Shown here piece by piece: positions 49,531 to 60,235 of a DNA stretch of 64,000 bases. Position 1 is the stretch's first letter, and every line of letters begins with the position of its first letter. A program made the position numbers and the translations under genes. The stretch comes from Lama guanicoe. Lineage: Eukaryota. Below the pieces are notes generated by a model. It searched no databases. It had not been told where the DNA came from and saw only the letters and a list, made by a program, of their open reading frames with translations. The stretch lies in NCBI GenBank assembly GCA_013239625.1, contig MU053216.1, positions 2,012,943-2,076,942 of the forward strand, read 5' to 3'.

Positions 49531-49740
49531 ACCAGCCTTCTCCCTGGAAGTGTTTTGCCCCCGGGGGATGTTTGGCTGCAGCCACGGACAGACTCAGTGG
49601 TCACAGCTGAGGGGGGAGGGTGGGTCTCCCGGCCCCCCGAGGCCAGGGATGTTGCTCACTGTCCTGCCACGTGCAGGACACATCCCGCAAAGTAATGATC
49701 CAGCCCCAAATGTCACTCACACCCAGACTGAGAAACCTCA
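49531..49740 (+). mobile_element. MER20 (hAT-Charlie)
   Basis: ttttgcccccgggggatgtttggc..gaggccagggatgttgct..caggaca..cagccccaaatgtca..tgagaaacc. Confidence 0.8.
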
Positions 49741-50477
49741 AGAAGGATGAACAGTCACACTTTCCACGAGGTCCACATCGACCTGCACGGGGTCAGGGAC
49801 TGTTTAGGTGCTGCCGCTCCCAAGCAGCATCTCCAGCCCAAATCTGAGTCTTAATCTCCTGACCCAAATCTGTCTTCCCACTCCCACCCCCCCTCCTCTC
49901 CCTGTTTCTCTTCCTTAACACGTTTACTCAGCATCTCCACCTGCATATCTCAAGATGCCGAAAACATACGTCAGAAAGAAAGCCTCATTTTCTTGGGACC
50001 CTCCTTTTCAATGACATATATTCTCCTAATTAATGTTCTTGCTGTTTACCCAGCGGCCCCAGCCAAAAATCTTGTATTCACCTTCGACATGCAATAAGCC
50101 CGCCTAAATCCTTCTCTTCTGTCCAGGACCTTATCACCTCTTGTCTCGGCAACTGCAAGCCCTCTAAGTGGGCTCCTTGACCCTCTGCAGCCCTTTCCAC
50201 ATTGCTATGGGGATGATTTTTTTAAAGGTATTGCTTTTTCAGGATTATAAAATTAATATGCAGTAGTTACAATAATTTGTAAATACCGGAAACAGTAAAG
50301 GGGAAAATATAATTCACTTGTTATGTTACGACACCCCAGTGCCTTTCTGTTACTTCCCTTTTCTATGCAAATGCTCTCTATTCCTTACACTAAATTGTAA
50401 TTTTATGCCTGTACATCTTTTTTTCACTTTTGTCAAACATTTCCGTAATACTAGATTCTTCTTTTAAATTTGCATCC

Positions 50478-50792
50478 TTTTTTATTGAAGTAGTCAGTTT
50501 ACAATGCTGTGTCAATTTCTGGTGTAGAGCATAGTGATTCAGTCCTACAGATACATACATATGTTCGTTTTCATATTCTTTTTCATTGTAGGTTATTATA
50601 AGATATTGACTATAGTTCACTGTGCTGAACAGTAGGACCTTGTTTTTTTAATCTATTTCATATGTAGTAGTGTGTATCTGCAAATTCTAAACCCCCAGTT
50701 TATCCCTTCCCACCCCTTTCCGCCCTGGTAACTATAAGTTTGTTCTCTCTGTCTGTGAGTCTGTTTCTGTTTCGTAAATAATATGTTCATTT
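50478..50792 (-). mobile_element. L1 3' end
   Basis: ttttattgaagtagtcagtttacaatgctgtgtcaatttctgg..ggtaactataagtttgttc. Confidence 0.9.
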
Positions 50793-51763
50793 AACACTAG
50801 GTATTGTTGAGTCGTTCCAAGACAACTGAGTATCTGAACGTTGTTCTAATTAAGCAGGGAAACACTTGGATCAGCCTCTCAGGCCGCGAGGGACTGAGTG
50901 TGATAAGCGAGGTCTGTGACACGTGGTGGTGCTGTAGTGTGTATCTCACGCTCTAGGACGCTGAACGGTGAACCCGCTGGCCGGCTGGGCCCCTCTGCTC
51001 AGCTGCGGTGGCCTCCAGCACATCCCGTTTGCCACTGTGATGGTCTGCTCCCGCCTCATACGTCAAGTGTCAAGACAGTGTGGGTAAAAGATGGTCAAAT
51101 GTGAGAAGCTTCACGTCCTATAACCTCGTGTAAGAGGCCGAGCTTGGCACGGGGATGACCAGGCTTCCAGAATGTCGGATGGGACCCTCACTCCCTTAGA
51201 CTTACCATTTGTGGTGGTGCCTTTCTGATGAGGCAGGAGGATTTAGAGGATTTAGGATTTGAAGGATTTAGAAAATTACGCTTCTAACTTAAATGTTGAG
51301 TCTCTTGACTTCCTTCTAAGTCGTCTTGATCAGAAAACCTTTAATTTGCCCGGTGGTGTCTGTGTCTGTGTCTAGTGTTCTGGTCTGCGATGGCTACTGG
51401 CACTGTGACCTTTCACACCTCCCTCTCTTCGCTCTCCGGCCTGGGTCAAAGGATGTCATGGCTGTCTCCACCTGTCCTTCCAGCCGGTAATTGTGGGAGG
51501 ATGGCCACCTAGTCCCCGAGCCAGTGCCTGACTCATGGGGGTCATGAGGGCTTCACCCCAGACTCAGGCTTCAAGCCTTGAACCAGACTCACGCCCCTCA
51601 CCTTGCCTGGATCCCACCTGTCTCTTATTTTAATTAGGCCGAAAGTCGTTGAGTTTTGCTTTTTTAAACTTAATCTGAAAATTACACTCTTTTAATGAAA
51701 GAGTTGTGTCTTGCAGGTTACGAAATTGTTTGTTCTTTCACCATTTTACATCATGTGTTTTTA

Positions 51764-52246
51764 TTTTTTCTTATTGAAGTATAGTTGGCTTACAATGTGT
51801 TAATTTCTGGTATATCCATACTGATTCAGTTATACACACACATATATATTTTTTCATATTCTTTTTCATTATAGGCCATAACAAGATATTGAATATAGTT
51901 CCCTGTGCTCTGCAGTAGGACCTTGCTGTTTATCTGTCTTATATATAGCAACGTGTATCTGCAAACCTTGAACTCCTAATTTATCCCTCCGCACCCCCTG
52001 GTAAACATAAGTTTGTGTTCTGTGTCTATGAGTCTGTTTCTGTTTTGTAAATAAGTTCGTGTCATTTTTAAAAGATTCTACATATGTGGCGTTTGTCTTT
52101 CTCTGTCTGGCTCACTTCACTGAGAATGATGATCTCCGGGTCCCTCCATGTTGCTGCAAGTGGCGCTATTTCATTCTTTTCCATGGCTGAGTAGTGTTCC
52201 ATTGTGTATGCACATGCCACACCTTCCTTATCCAGTCATCTGTCAC
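51764..52246 (-). mobile_element. L1 3' end with 16-bp TSD
   Basis: acatcatgtgttttta at 51748-51763 and 52247-52262. Confidence 0.93.
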
Positions 52247-52940
52247 ACATCATGTGTTTTTAGTGGCTTCTTGGGTTTTCCTGACGTTCCCACATGGATT
52301 TTATTTTGTTTGTCTGGTTCTCCCGCATTCTGAACCTCTCGGACGCAAGGCTTTCCTGTCTGAATCACGCATCTCTCAGCAGCGCCCTGCTCTCTGCCCT
52401 CTGAGGGCGCTCTTATTCCCTGTGAGTTCACGATCCAGGATCTGACGTAGCTCCCCCACCCAACTTGCCTCCTGGCCCTGTAGTTTCCTGGCGGGTATAG
52501 TCCTAAACGGATGTAAAGAGAAAGGTGGCATGGGCTGGAAGCTCGTTTTCAGGTGGGCTCAGACTCTGGGTATTCAAGAGAGGGTACGGAGCTCGGGAGG
52601 TCACACAGCCCTGGGCAACATTTCAAGTGGGTGGGTTTGATTTTACCCTGAACACCAAAGGAACCATTAGGGATTCTAAGCAGGACTGGACGTGTCCAAA
52701 CCAGCACTCTCGCTGGATCACTTCCCACTCAGATCAGAGCTGGCGTCTCCTCTGCTCTGCCTACGTCACAGAGACTCACCGCTCTTCTCTAAAACGTACG
52801 TGGGGTGTGCGGTTGTGATAGACAGAACCTAGGCAACGAGAAGGACTTTTGTGCTTTTAGGCCTTTGTTGATATAGACAGATACCAAGTGACAACTGTCC
52901 AGTCTCTGAACTTTCCATTTCTCAAAGTTCACCCAATCAA

Positions 52941-53092
52941 GGGGGAGGGTATGGCTCAGTGGTAGAGCGTGTGCTTAACATGCACGAGGTCCTGGGTTCA
53001 ATCCCCAGTACCTCTGCTAAAAAAAATAATAATAAAATAAAATATTAAATAAACAAACCTATTTATCCCCCCAAACAGAAAAGAAATAAAAA
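52941..53092 (+). mobile_element. tRNA-derived SINE
   Basis: gggggagggtatggctcagtggtagagcgtgtgcttaacatgcacgaggtcctgggttcaatccccagtacc. Confidence 0.94.
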
Positions 53093-53677
53093 TTTTTTTT
53101 AAATCTTTACCCAGTCCTTGCTTTTTGTGCATTTTCCATCTGTTCCAAAGTCAGGAATTTCTTGGAATTTCATGCAAAGTTCTAGTATATGTATCTGAAG
53201 TCATTAAACCTATAAAAAAAGAGAAAAAGTGAGAGTTATCTGCATCCTACAGCTTGGCTGTGTGTCCCAGAACTAACAGATGAATGGTTAGAAATTTATG
53301 AACCAGAACATTTTATTAAAGTTTAATGATGTGTTAAAGAGTTACAAGAGGGGGCCCAAATTTCTGTGAAACTCTTCAGTCATTTCTGAATCACCAGAGA
53401 AAAGGTATTATTATTTTTCTAATTAATTTTGGTGTGTACTTTATCGTGATTTAAGTCTTTGAGGGTCTGCGATCTCCGTCTGCACACACATTTCTATATT
53501 TAGCAGATTTGCTGATGAGTTAGAACGTCTCCGACGGGAATTTCATCTCCTCTCCCGTGTTTGCAGTTCTGCCCTCATTTTAATAACGCCCTCCAACCTC
53601 TGCTGTGGAGCCAAGCTGTCTCAACACGTGACTTACCTTCTTGTTCAGCTGTTTGCTTCTGGGAAACAGAGTCTGGT

Positions 53678-53745
53678 GTTTTTTCAATTTGGGGGGTGGA
53701 GTGGGGGAGACGTAATTCAGTTTGTTTGTTTGTTTGTTTGTTTGT

Positions 53746-53780
<35 letters not shown>

Positions 53781-53868
53781 CTTATTGTAATGGAGGCACT
53801 GGGGATTGAACCCAGGACCTCATGCATGCTAAGGATGCACTCTACCACTGAGCTATGCCCTCCTTCCC
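53678..53868 (-). mobile_element. tRNA-derived SINE with expanded (TTTG)/(TTTA) middle
   Basis: aatggaggcactggggattgaacccaggacctcatgcatgc. Confidence 0.92.
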
Positions 53869-53882
53869 TTTTTAAAATGTAG

Positions 53883-54024
53883 TTTTTGTTTTGTTTTTTG
53901 TTTTTTGGGGGGAGGTAATTAGGTTCATTTATGTATTTATTTTTCCAGTGGAAGTACTGGGGTTTGAAACCAGGACCTTGTGCACGCTAAGTGCACGCTC
54001 TGCCACTCAGCTCTACCCTCTCCC
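53883..54024 (-). mobile_element. tRNA-derived SINE, in tandem with the previous copy
   Basis: gggggaggtaattaggttc..gtactggggtttgaaaccaggacc. Confidence 0.9.
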
Positions 54025-55249
54025 AGTTGTCATTTTAGTTCTTGTATCACTTTGCACAGTCCTTGACACACTGTTCGTTTAACACACAGTGGTTAGCATT
54101 CATGCTTAGTCACTGATTTGCTTTAGCGAGGGAACGGATCACCTGGTCTGTTACAGACCTGCAGGTTCCTCTCCAGCCCCACCCCTCCTCCCTCCCTCGT
54201 GGTCCCGGCTCTAAGTGCCTGCCTTCACAGAATACTTCCAGAAAAATTTCTAAAGTTCCATTCACATATTCTCACAACCGCTTGGCTGATTTCTGGAATT
54301 CTACCCACAGAACCTCATTGCTTTAGCACAGATTCAGAGGCAAATGTAGTTGAGAGGGGTAATGCCGAAAGGTACTAGGGGCTTTTGCAGTCCATGTTGA
54401 ACGAAGTATCTAAGCGTTTATTTTACAACACGGAGGAGAAGGAGCCCAGTTACGGGGTGGAGGTTTGTCGGCCGGGGCGCTCAGGCAAAGTTTTCCACCA
54501 TCACTTGGTGGCCCCAGTTTGGGTGCACTCTCTGAGAATGAACTATCCCTAGGGAATAAAAAGCCGAGGTAAAGACTGACTCACTCTGATATTCCTGTGC
54601 CGTCTGGCTGTCATCGCTCATTTAATTCCACTGTTCTTGTTAGTGGAAGAGAAGGCAGCTGGATGGACGGCACCCCCGCAGTGTCTCCTCTTCAGGGGCA
54701 GTCAGTATCAACCTCTTTAGCCTGGATCTGCCATCCAGACTTCGGATGATTGCTCTGCTCTCCCCGGACTCCTCTTGAAGACTTCCACCACTTCCAGGAC
54801 TCAGAGTGGCACGATACTCTTGTGAACGCGTGGCAGGCAAACTCCACCTCAGCGGGAGGTGACTTCACGTCTTCCTGGTCCTCTTGTGTATACAGTCCGT
54901 GTTTTGAGCATCGTGGTCCCTTCTGTAACACTATCTTTGTGACTATACCTTCTCCTAAGTTCTTGCTTCAAGGGACAGAAGCAAGCTTTGTCACTTGGGG
55001 TTTTGAACAGCAAACTGCCTTGAAAGGCCAGCTTTCCTGCGGGCTGGGGTGACAGCAGTGAAAGAGCTCGCGTTCTCTCCGAGACTCAGAGTCCGGTGTC
55101 CGCCGGGCACACCTAGAACAGCAGAGACTTTTGAGCTGAAAAATATCGCCAGTGATGGCCAGTCCTTTATCTGAAGTTAATGTCGGTATCACGAGAGCAA
55201 TGCTGTAATAAATCCTGTCACTAACATTCGTTAGTTTGTCTCCTTTCTT

Positions 55250-55540
55250 CATCTATGTATTCGTTCCTTGTCCCGTAAATAGTCACTGAATGCTAAGTAA
55301 TTTTCATGCCAAGTAATTTTCTGGGGGTTACACAGATAAGTAAGACAGGAGAGGTCTCCACCCTCACGGAGGTATGTTCTGCTGTGTGTGGGGGCCTGTG
55401 TGTGCTGGAGGAGAGACAAGAGCAGGTAATCAATGAGCAAGTGAGGCACACATGGCGAACGTTACGGAGAAGGAAACAGTGATGGAGAGTCGTCAGGCCA
55501 GGGTGTTGGAAGAGGTGGGCAGGAGATGTCCTACGGGGTG
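55250..55540 (-). mobile_element. L2 3' end
   Basis: ttcatctatgtattcgttc..taaatagtcactgaatgcta..aagacaggagaggtctccaccctcacggag. Confidence 0.6.
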
Positions 55541-55616
55541 AGAATTTTGTTTTGTTTTATTTTATCTTATTTCATTTTATTTTTTAGCTTTTTACAACAT
55601 TTTTTGAGATGTACTT

Positions 55617-55822
55617 TTCCTTTTATTGAAGTACAGTCAGTTACAATGTGTCAATTTCTGGTGTCCAGCATCATGTTTCAGTCATACATACACACACATA
55701 TATTCACTTTTATATTCTTTTTCACCACAGGTGACTACAAGGTATCGAATATAGTTCCCTGTGCTTTACAGTAGGGCCTTGTGTTTATCTATTTTGTATA
55801 TCGTAATTACTGTCTGTAAATG
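55617..55822 (-). mobile_element. L1 3' tip
   Basis: ttttattgaagtacagtcagttacaatgtgtcaatttctgg..atagttccctgtgc. Confidence 0.88.
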
Positions 55823-56749
55823 GAATTTTTTTATCTTATTTTTAATGCATGCTGTTTATTCACTGCATAGCCCATTCAGTTTTTCCATACAACTGACTTT
55901 GAAAAACATGCAGGAGCAGAAAAATAAACCTACTATAAATCACTGAATTCAGTAATTCACGGTTTCTGTGGAGTATTTCAGAGTAACTTCAGGACGTGAG
56001 CATCTGTTTATATCTCTTAGGTTTCTCGTAATGGAACGGTGATGTGGCACCTTTCCAGGGAGCGCCGACAGTACTTGCAAACATCATCTTATTAAACTTC
56101 ATATTCTTGGCCACATGAGATGCAAATGGTTTTGTCTGAAGTGAAAGCCGCTCAGCGGGGAAGAGGGGTCATGAGCTGATTTAAATTTCCCCAGATTCAG
56201 TCTGGGTGCTCTTCGGAGGCCCCAGGACGGGAAGGTGCAGTGGAGGCAGGGAGCTGGGCTGCTGGATGCAGGGGTGCTGAGCTGGAGACGGAGTCCGGAT
56301 TTACAGCAAGAGCAGCACCAGCGGGTCCCGGAGACGGCCGGGGCTTGCGGGTGGGGGAGAAGGAGAAATCGGGGGCAGGTCTTGACTTGCTGGCTTGAGG
56401 GTGGTGCGGTCTTTACTGAGCTGGGAGCGTGTCTGAAGGGGGAGTCAGCCGTGCTCTGTCCATTTTTTCTGGCTCAGAGGTCCCCAGGGGAGAAGCCAGG
56501 GGGCAGTTGTGGGTTGAGGTCCGTGCCACAGGCAGAAGTCATCTCTGGAGATGCTTATCTAAGCGACACGAATACACAGGTATTGAAAGCATGGAATTCG
56601 GCCAGCTTCTCCAGAGAGCGGCTAAGATGGGAGAGGATGGTGACGAGGACACTGCCAGCCATCCATCCCGAGCGCTGATTACGGACCAGACGTGGTTCCC
56701 AGCACTTGTCCTGCGTCAGCTCAGTTCGTTTCCATAATAGTCTTAGTTG

Positions 56750-57080
56750 GCAGGTGCTCATGTTATTCCTATTTTAACAGTTGAGGAAACTGGAGAACAG
56801 AGAGGTTAAGGAACCAGGCCAACATCACCCCAGTTGTAAGGTTCCCAGGCTGATGCCAGCTATGGTGCTTGGCAGAGAGGGCACGGCTTTTAGAAACAAG
56901 CAGACTTGGATTCGAATTTTGATCTGTTTCCTGCTAGTTCCATGACCCTAGGGAAGTTTTCTCACCTATAAAAAAGAAGACAAAACCTATTGTAAGATTA
57001 CTGTTAGTGTTAATACACGTCAAGCACCTGGTATCACATCCAAATCTAGTAGACGGGTAATAAATGGCAACGTGACTTAC
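56750..57080. mobile_element. Two MIR fragments in opposite orientation
   Basis: cctattttaacagttgaggaaactggag..cagagaggttaag (minus); gacttggattcgaat..tgaccctagggaagtt (plus). Confidence 0.65.
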
Positions 57081-57899
57081 TAATTAGGAAAAGTATCGTC
57101 TGAATAGATTTTTTCCTATATTACACATTTCCTCCTTTTCAAACATTTGTTAACAGCTTTAGAAAATTTGCTTTACAGTCTAGTAGACATGAGTGACAAT
57201 GTCATGCATGTGTTTTAAAAGGTTCAGGCGTAGAAATTCAAGTAGCGTGTGGTCTTGAGTGTGTATGCTACTTCACAGTCTCCGTGACAACTTAGGGGAA
57301 ACTTGCACAAAACAACCTGCTGTCTCAGCACAAATTGATGTTCTGCGACTTTATTGTCATTTATCCCCTTATCTTGAATAAATGTGCCTTGTTTTACAAC
57401 TGCTAGAAGCCGAGGGGAAATCTATTAAAGGACTCTGCCACCTTTCACATTCAAAAGGTCACTTGCATTTTGTAAATACAAGTGGCCGGATCTATCATCC
57501 CGTCAGAAAGCTGCTTCACCTGTCAGCCCAGGGCCTCCGTCCAGGGAAATGCGACACCTCCTAAGTGCTCTGGGCTCTTTCGAGCGAGAGAAAGCAGAAG
57601 CCGCTGGCACTGGCTGCGAGTGGAGTCAGTGAGTAACCCTCGTCAGATCCCAATCCTATCTGCCCCGCCTCAATTTTCTAGAGGAAAAAAAGTCCGCCAC
57701 ATCTGGGAGTCGCTTCAGGTGGTTTTCGTGGATGCGGTTTGTGTGAAAAGAGTCTGTCTGAAATCTGAGGTGGTCTCACTCCTGGAAGTGGAAGGTCTTG
57801 TTCGTTAGAGGGCAGCTGTAGGAGGTGGGCCACCCCGGGACAGTGGGGACGGGAGTCCCAGGGACCACGTCCTTTACGTCAGAGACTCTCAGCCACTAG

Positions 57900-59340
57900 T
57901 GCTGGGAAAATTATATAAATAAACACCAGCCCTGCAGGGAAAGCCGTGTCTTCCGGGTTGCGGCCCCTTGATGCACTGAGGCTGGAGGGCTCCAGGACAT
58001 GCTTGCCCGGCTGTGTTCTGCTGCTTCTTCGGGGTCCAGCCCAGCCCCAGGCCTCCCGCAGCCACGCTGGGCGCTCTCAGGAGGTCGCGCAGGCCGACTG
58101 TCGTCCCGAGGGCCCCAGGGCACCCGCTGGCTGGGGTCACGTAGCCCCAGAGACACAGCGAGTGTCACTTGTTGGCACAGAGCAGTGGATTCAAGTGGCC
58201 TTGTCACGTCTCCTGCTGGCAGGTTGACTTCTCTGTCTGAGCCTGGTAGCCCCTCTGTGAACTGTGGCTGTGGCTGTGGCTGTGGCTGCGACGTCGAGCT
58301 GCTGAGGGTGAAAGACACAGACTGTACGAAGTCCCGCGAGGATGGGAGAGCGATTAGCTCCTGGGCGTCACTAAGCCCAAAGGAGTGACCAGCGACCTTT
58401 CTGTGCCAGGATCCTTTAGTTCAGGTACAGCCTCGTAAGGCTTGCGTCCGGAAGCCAGCCCAGGGGACAGAATGTGATCCTGGTGAGAGGAAAGGGCTCC
58501 GAAGGGAAGATCTCGATTCCGGCAGACGTGGAACGAGGAGGGGGGAAGCCACAGCAGGGCGGGGGCTGCCGGATGCCCCCAGCCTGGCCGCCTGCGGGGT
58601 GAGTTTCCCCTCCGGCCCGGGCGTGGATGCGGCAGCGAGGGCAGATGCGAGGCGGAGCCGGAGAGGGGCTGGTGAGCCCGGAGCCCTGGAGAAGGGTCGG
58701 GAAGACAGGTGGGCTGGGACCTGGGGGAAGAGGACCACGCGGAGCCCCGGGTGACACTCTGACGCCCGTCGCAGAGACCGGGCGTGGCGGGCGGGTCTGA
58801 GTCACAGATCTGAGAGGCAGCATCACCCAGAAAAAGAAAGCAGGAATTTAAGCTAAAGAGACCGCGCCCTGAAGGCAGAAATGCTGTGGGACTGGGAAAG
58901 GACTGTGTCCCCCGCAGGGGAGAGGAGGGACTGCGCCGGCCGAAGGGCCTTTGGGGAGGGTGGCCAGCCAGGCTGTCGCCTTGCTGTTGCCCTTGCCCGG
59001 GGTTGAGACGTGTCCCCAGGAATGGGGCCGGGTCGAGCCTGCGTGCGGGTGGGAGTCGGACGCAGGGAGGCTGTGAGCTGAGCAGGGTGAGCGCTCCCAG
59101 GGGCGAGCTTTCTGAACGCGCAGACAGGACAGGCGCGGCTCCCCAGGAGCGGTCTGCAGCGTGGAGGCAAAACCGCTCACGCGGGGATCGAGGCCTGCAG
59201 GGACCCGGCTCCCACACCCTTCCCGGGTTCGGCCTTGCCCTCCGGCCCGCCGTGCGTTGCAGCCGCACGAACCACTCCTCATTTCCCCGAAGGGCCCGAC
59301 GCCCGCTCCCCGCCGGAGGAGCTCCGTCTCTAAGCACCCT
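57900..59340. promoter_or_regulatory. Extended CpG-rich island (orphan)
   Basis: High GC and CpG; AP-1 site TGAGTCA at 58798-58804; (CTGTGG)4 at 58262-58285. Confidence 0.55.
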
Positions 59341-59610
59341 GCTTTCCACAGGGAGCAAGCTTCCAAGGGAGGCAAATGACAAGAAAATTAAAGCAGTGGA
59401 AATGCCACTCATGTTCCAAGTTTGTTCCCCTAATATTAGATCTGTGAGTGCATGTACTTAAAGCCCATTTGGACGTCTTGGCAACATCTTTTCTTGTTGT
59501 TGTTGGGATTACTTTATGAAAGTAAATGTGAACCCCAAGTTATGGTAGAATGATGGACTTGGGAGTAGCAAAAAAGGAAACTACATCTTTTCTGTAAGTT
59601 GGCACTGAGG

Positions 59611-59793
59611 CGGGGGGAGGGTAGAGCGCATGCTGAGCACGTACAGGGTTCTGGGTTCAATCCCCAGCACCTCCACGAACAACAACAACAACAAGTCAGT
59701 GAAGAGAAAAAACTCTTAAAAAAATTAGAAGCCATCTGTCCCATGTTAGAGCAATGGGTAAAAGGTCGTGATATATTAACTGGATAAAGACAG
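59611..59793 (+). mobile_element. SINE plus ~100 bp of non-SINE 3' sequence, enclosed by a 15-bp direct repeat
   Basis: aagttggcactgagg at 59596-59610 and 59794-59808. Confidence 0.8.
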
Positions 59794-60104
59794 AAGTTGG
59801 CACTGAGGGCTTGGAGCGTTTGCTGGACAGGGAGGGACGAATTTGGTGACGTCTTAATGCGTCTCCCCTCCTCCGAGCCAGGCGCACGTCCGTGTCCCTC
59901 GGGCATCCTCCGCGCGGCCCTGCAGTGCGCTCGTGTCTCTTCTCCGCCGTCTTCGTGGTGACGCTCGTGCTGAGCGGAGCGTCCGACAGCCGGGGCTCCT
60001 CAGGCTGCTGGGAAAGCTGTGGGCCTGCCTTCCTGCACGAGTGACTGCGCGTTGAACGTGCACGCACGGGAACCCTTACCCAGTATGCACAGACCACCGA
60101 CTCC

Positions 60105-60235
60105 CATGTCTGTGTCATCTCTCGACCGTAAGCTCCGTGAGGCCAGGGCCTGTCATCTTTCTTTCTGTATATCCTGCACCCGGCACCTAGCAGATGCTAA
60201 AAAAATATTTTGCTGATTGAATGAATGCATGAGTG
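60105..60235 (+). mobile_element. L2 3' terminus
   Basis: ctcgaccgtaagctccgtgaggccaggg..aaatattttgctgattgaatgaatgcatga. Confidence 0.8.

Noticed and set aside
48877..49604. 182-aa and 215-aa ORFs
   Set aside because: They overlap GC-shifted L2 and MER20 relics and show no recognisable homology
52941..53015. tRNA-Ala-like sequence (and its sister copies)
   Set aside because: These are SINE heads, with A-rich tails, TSDs and divergence among copies; they are not tRNA genes
54640..55052. Possible processed pseudogene
   Set aside because: No recognisable parent protein, poly-A tail or TSD; may be an L2 relic
58354..59412. 352-aa ORF and overlapping ORFs on both strands
   Set aside because: Pro/Arg/Gly/Ala-rich with no recognisable domain; long open frames are expected by chance in GC-rich DNA
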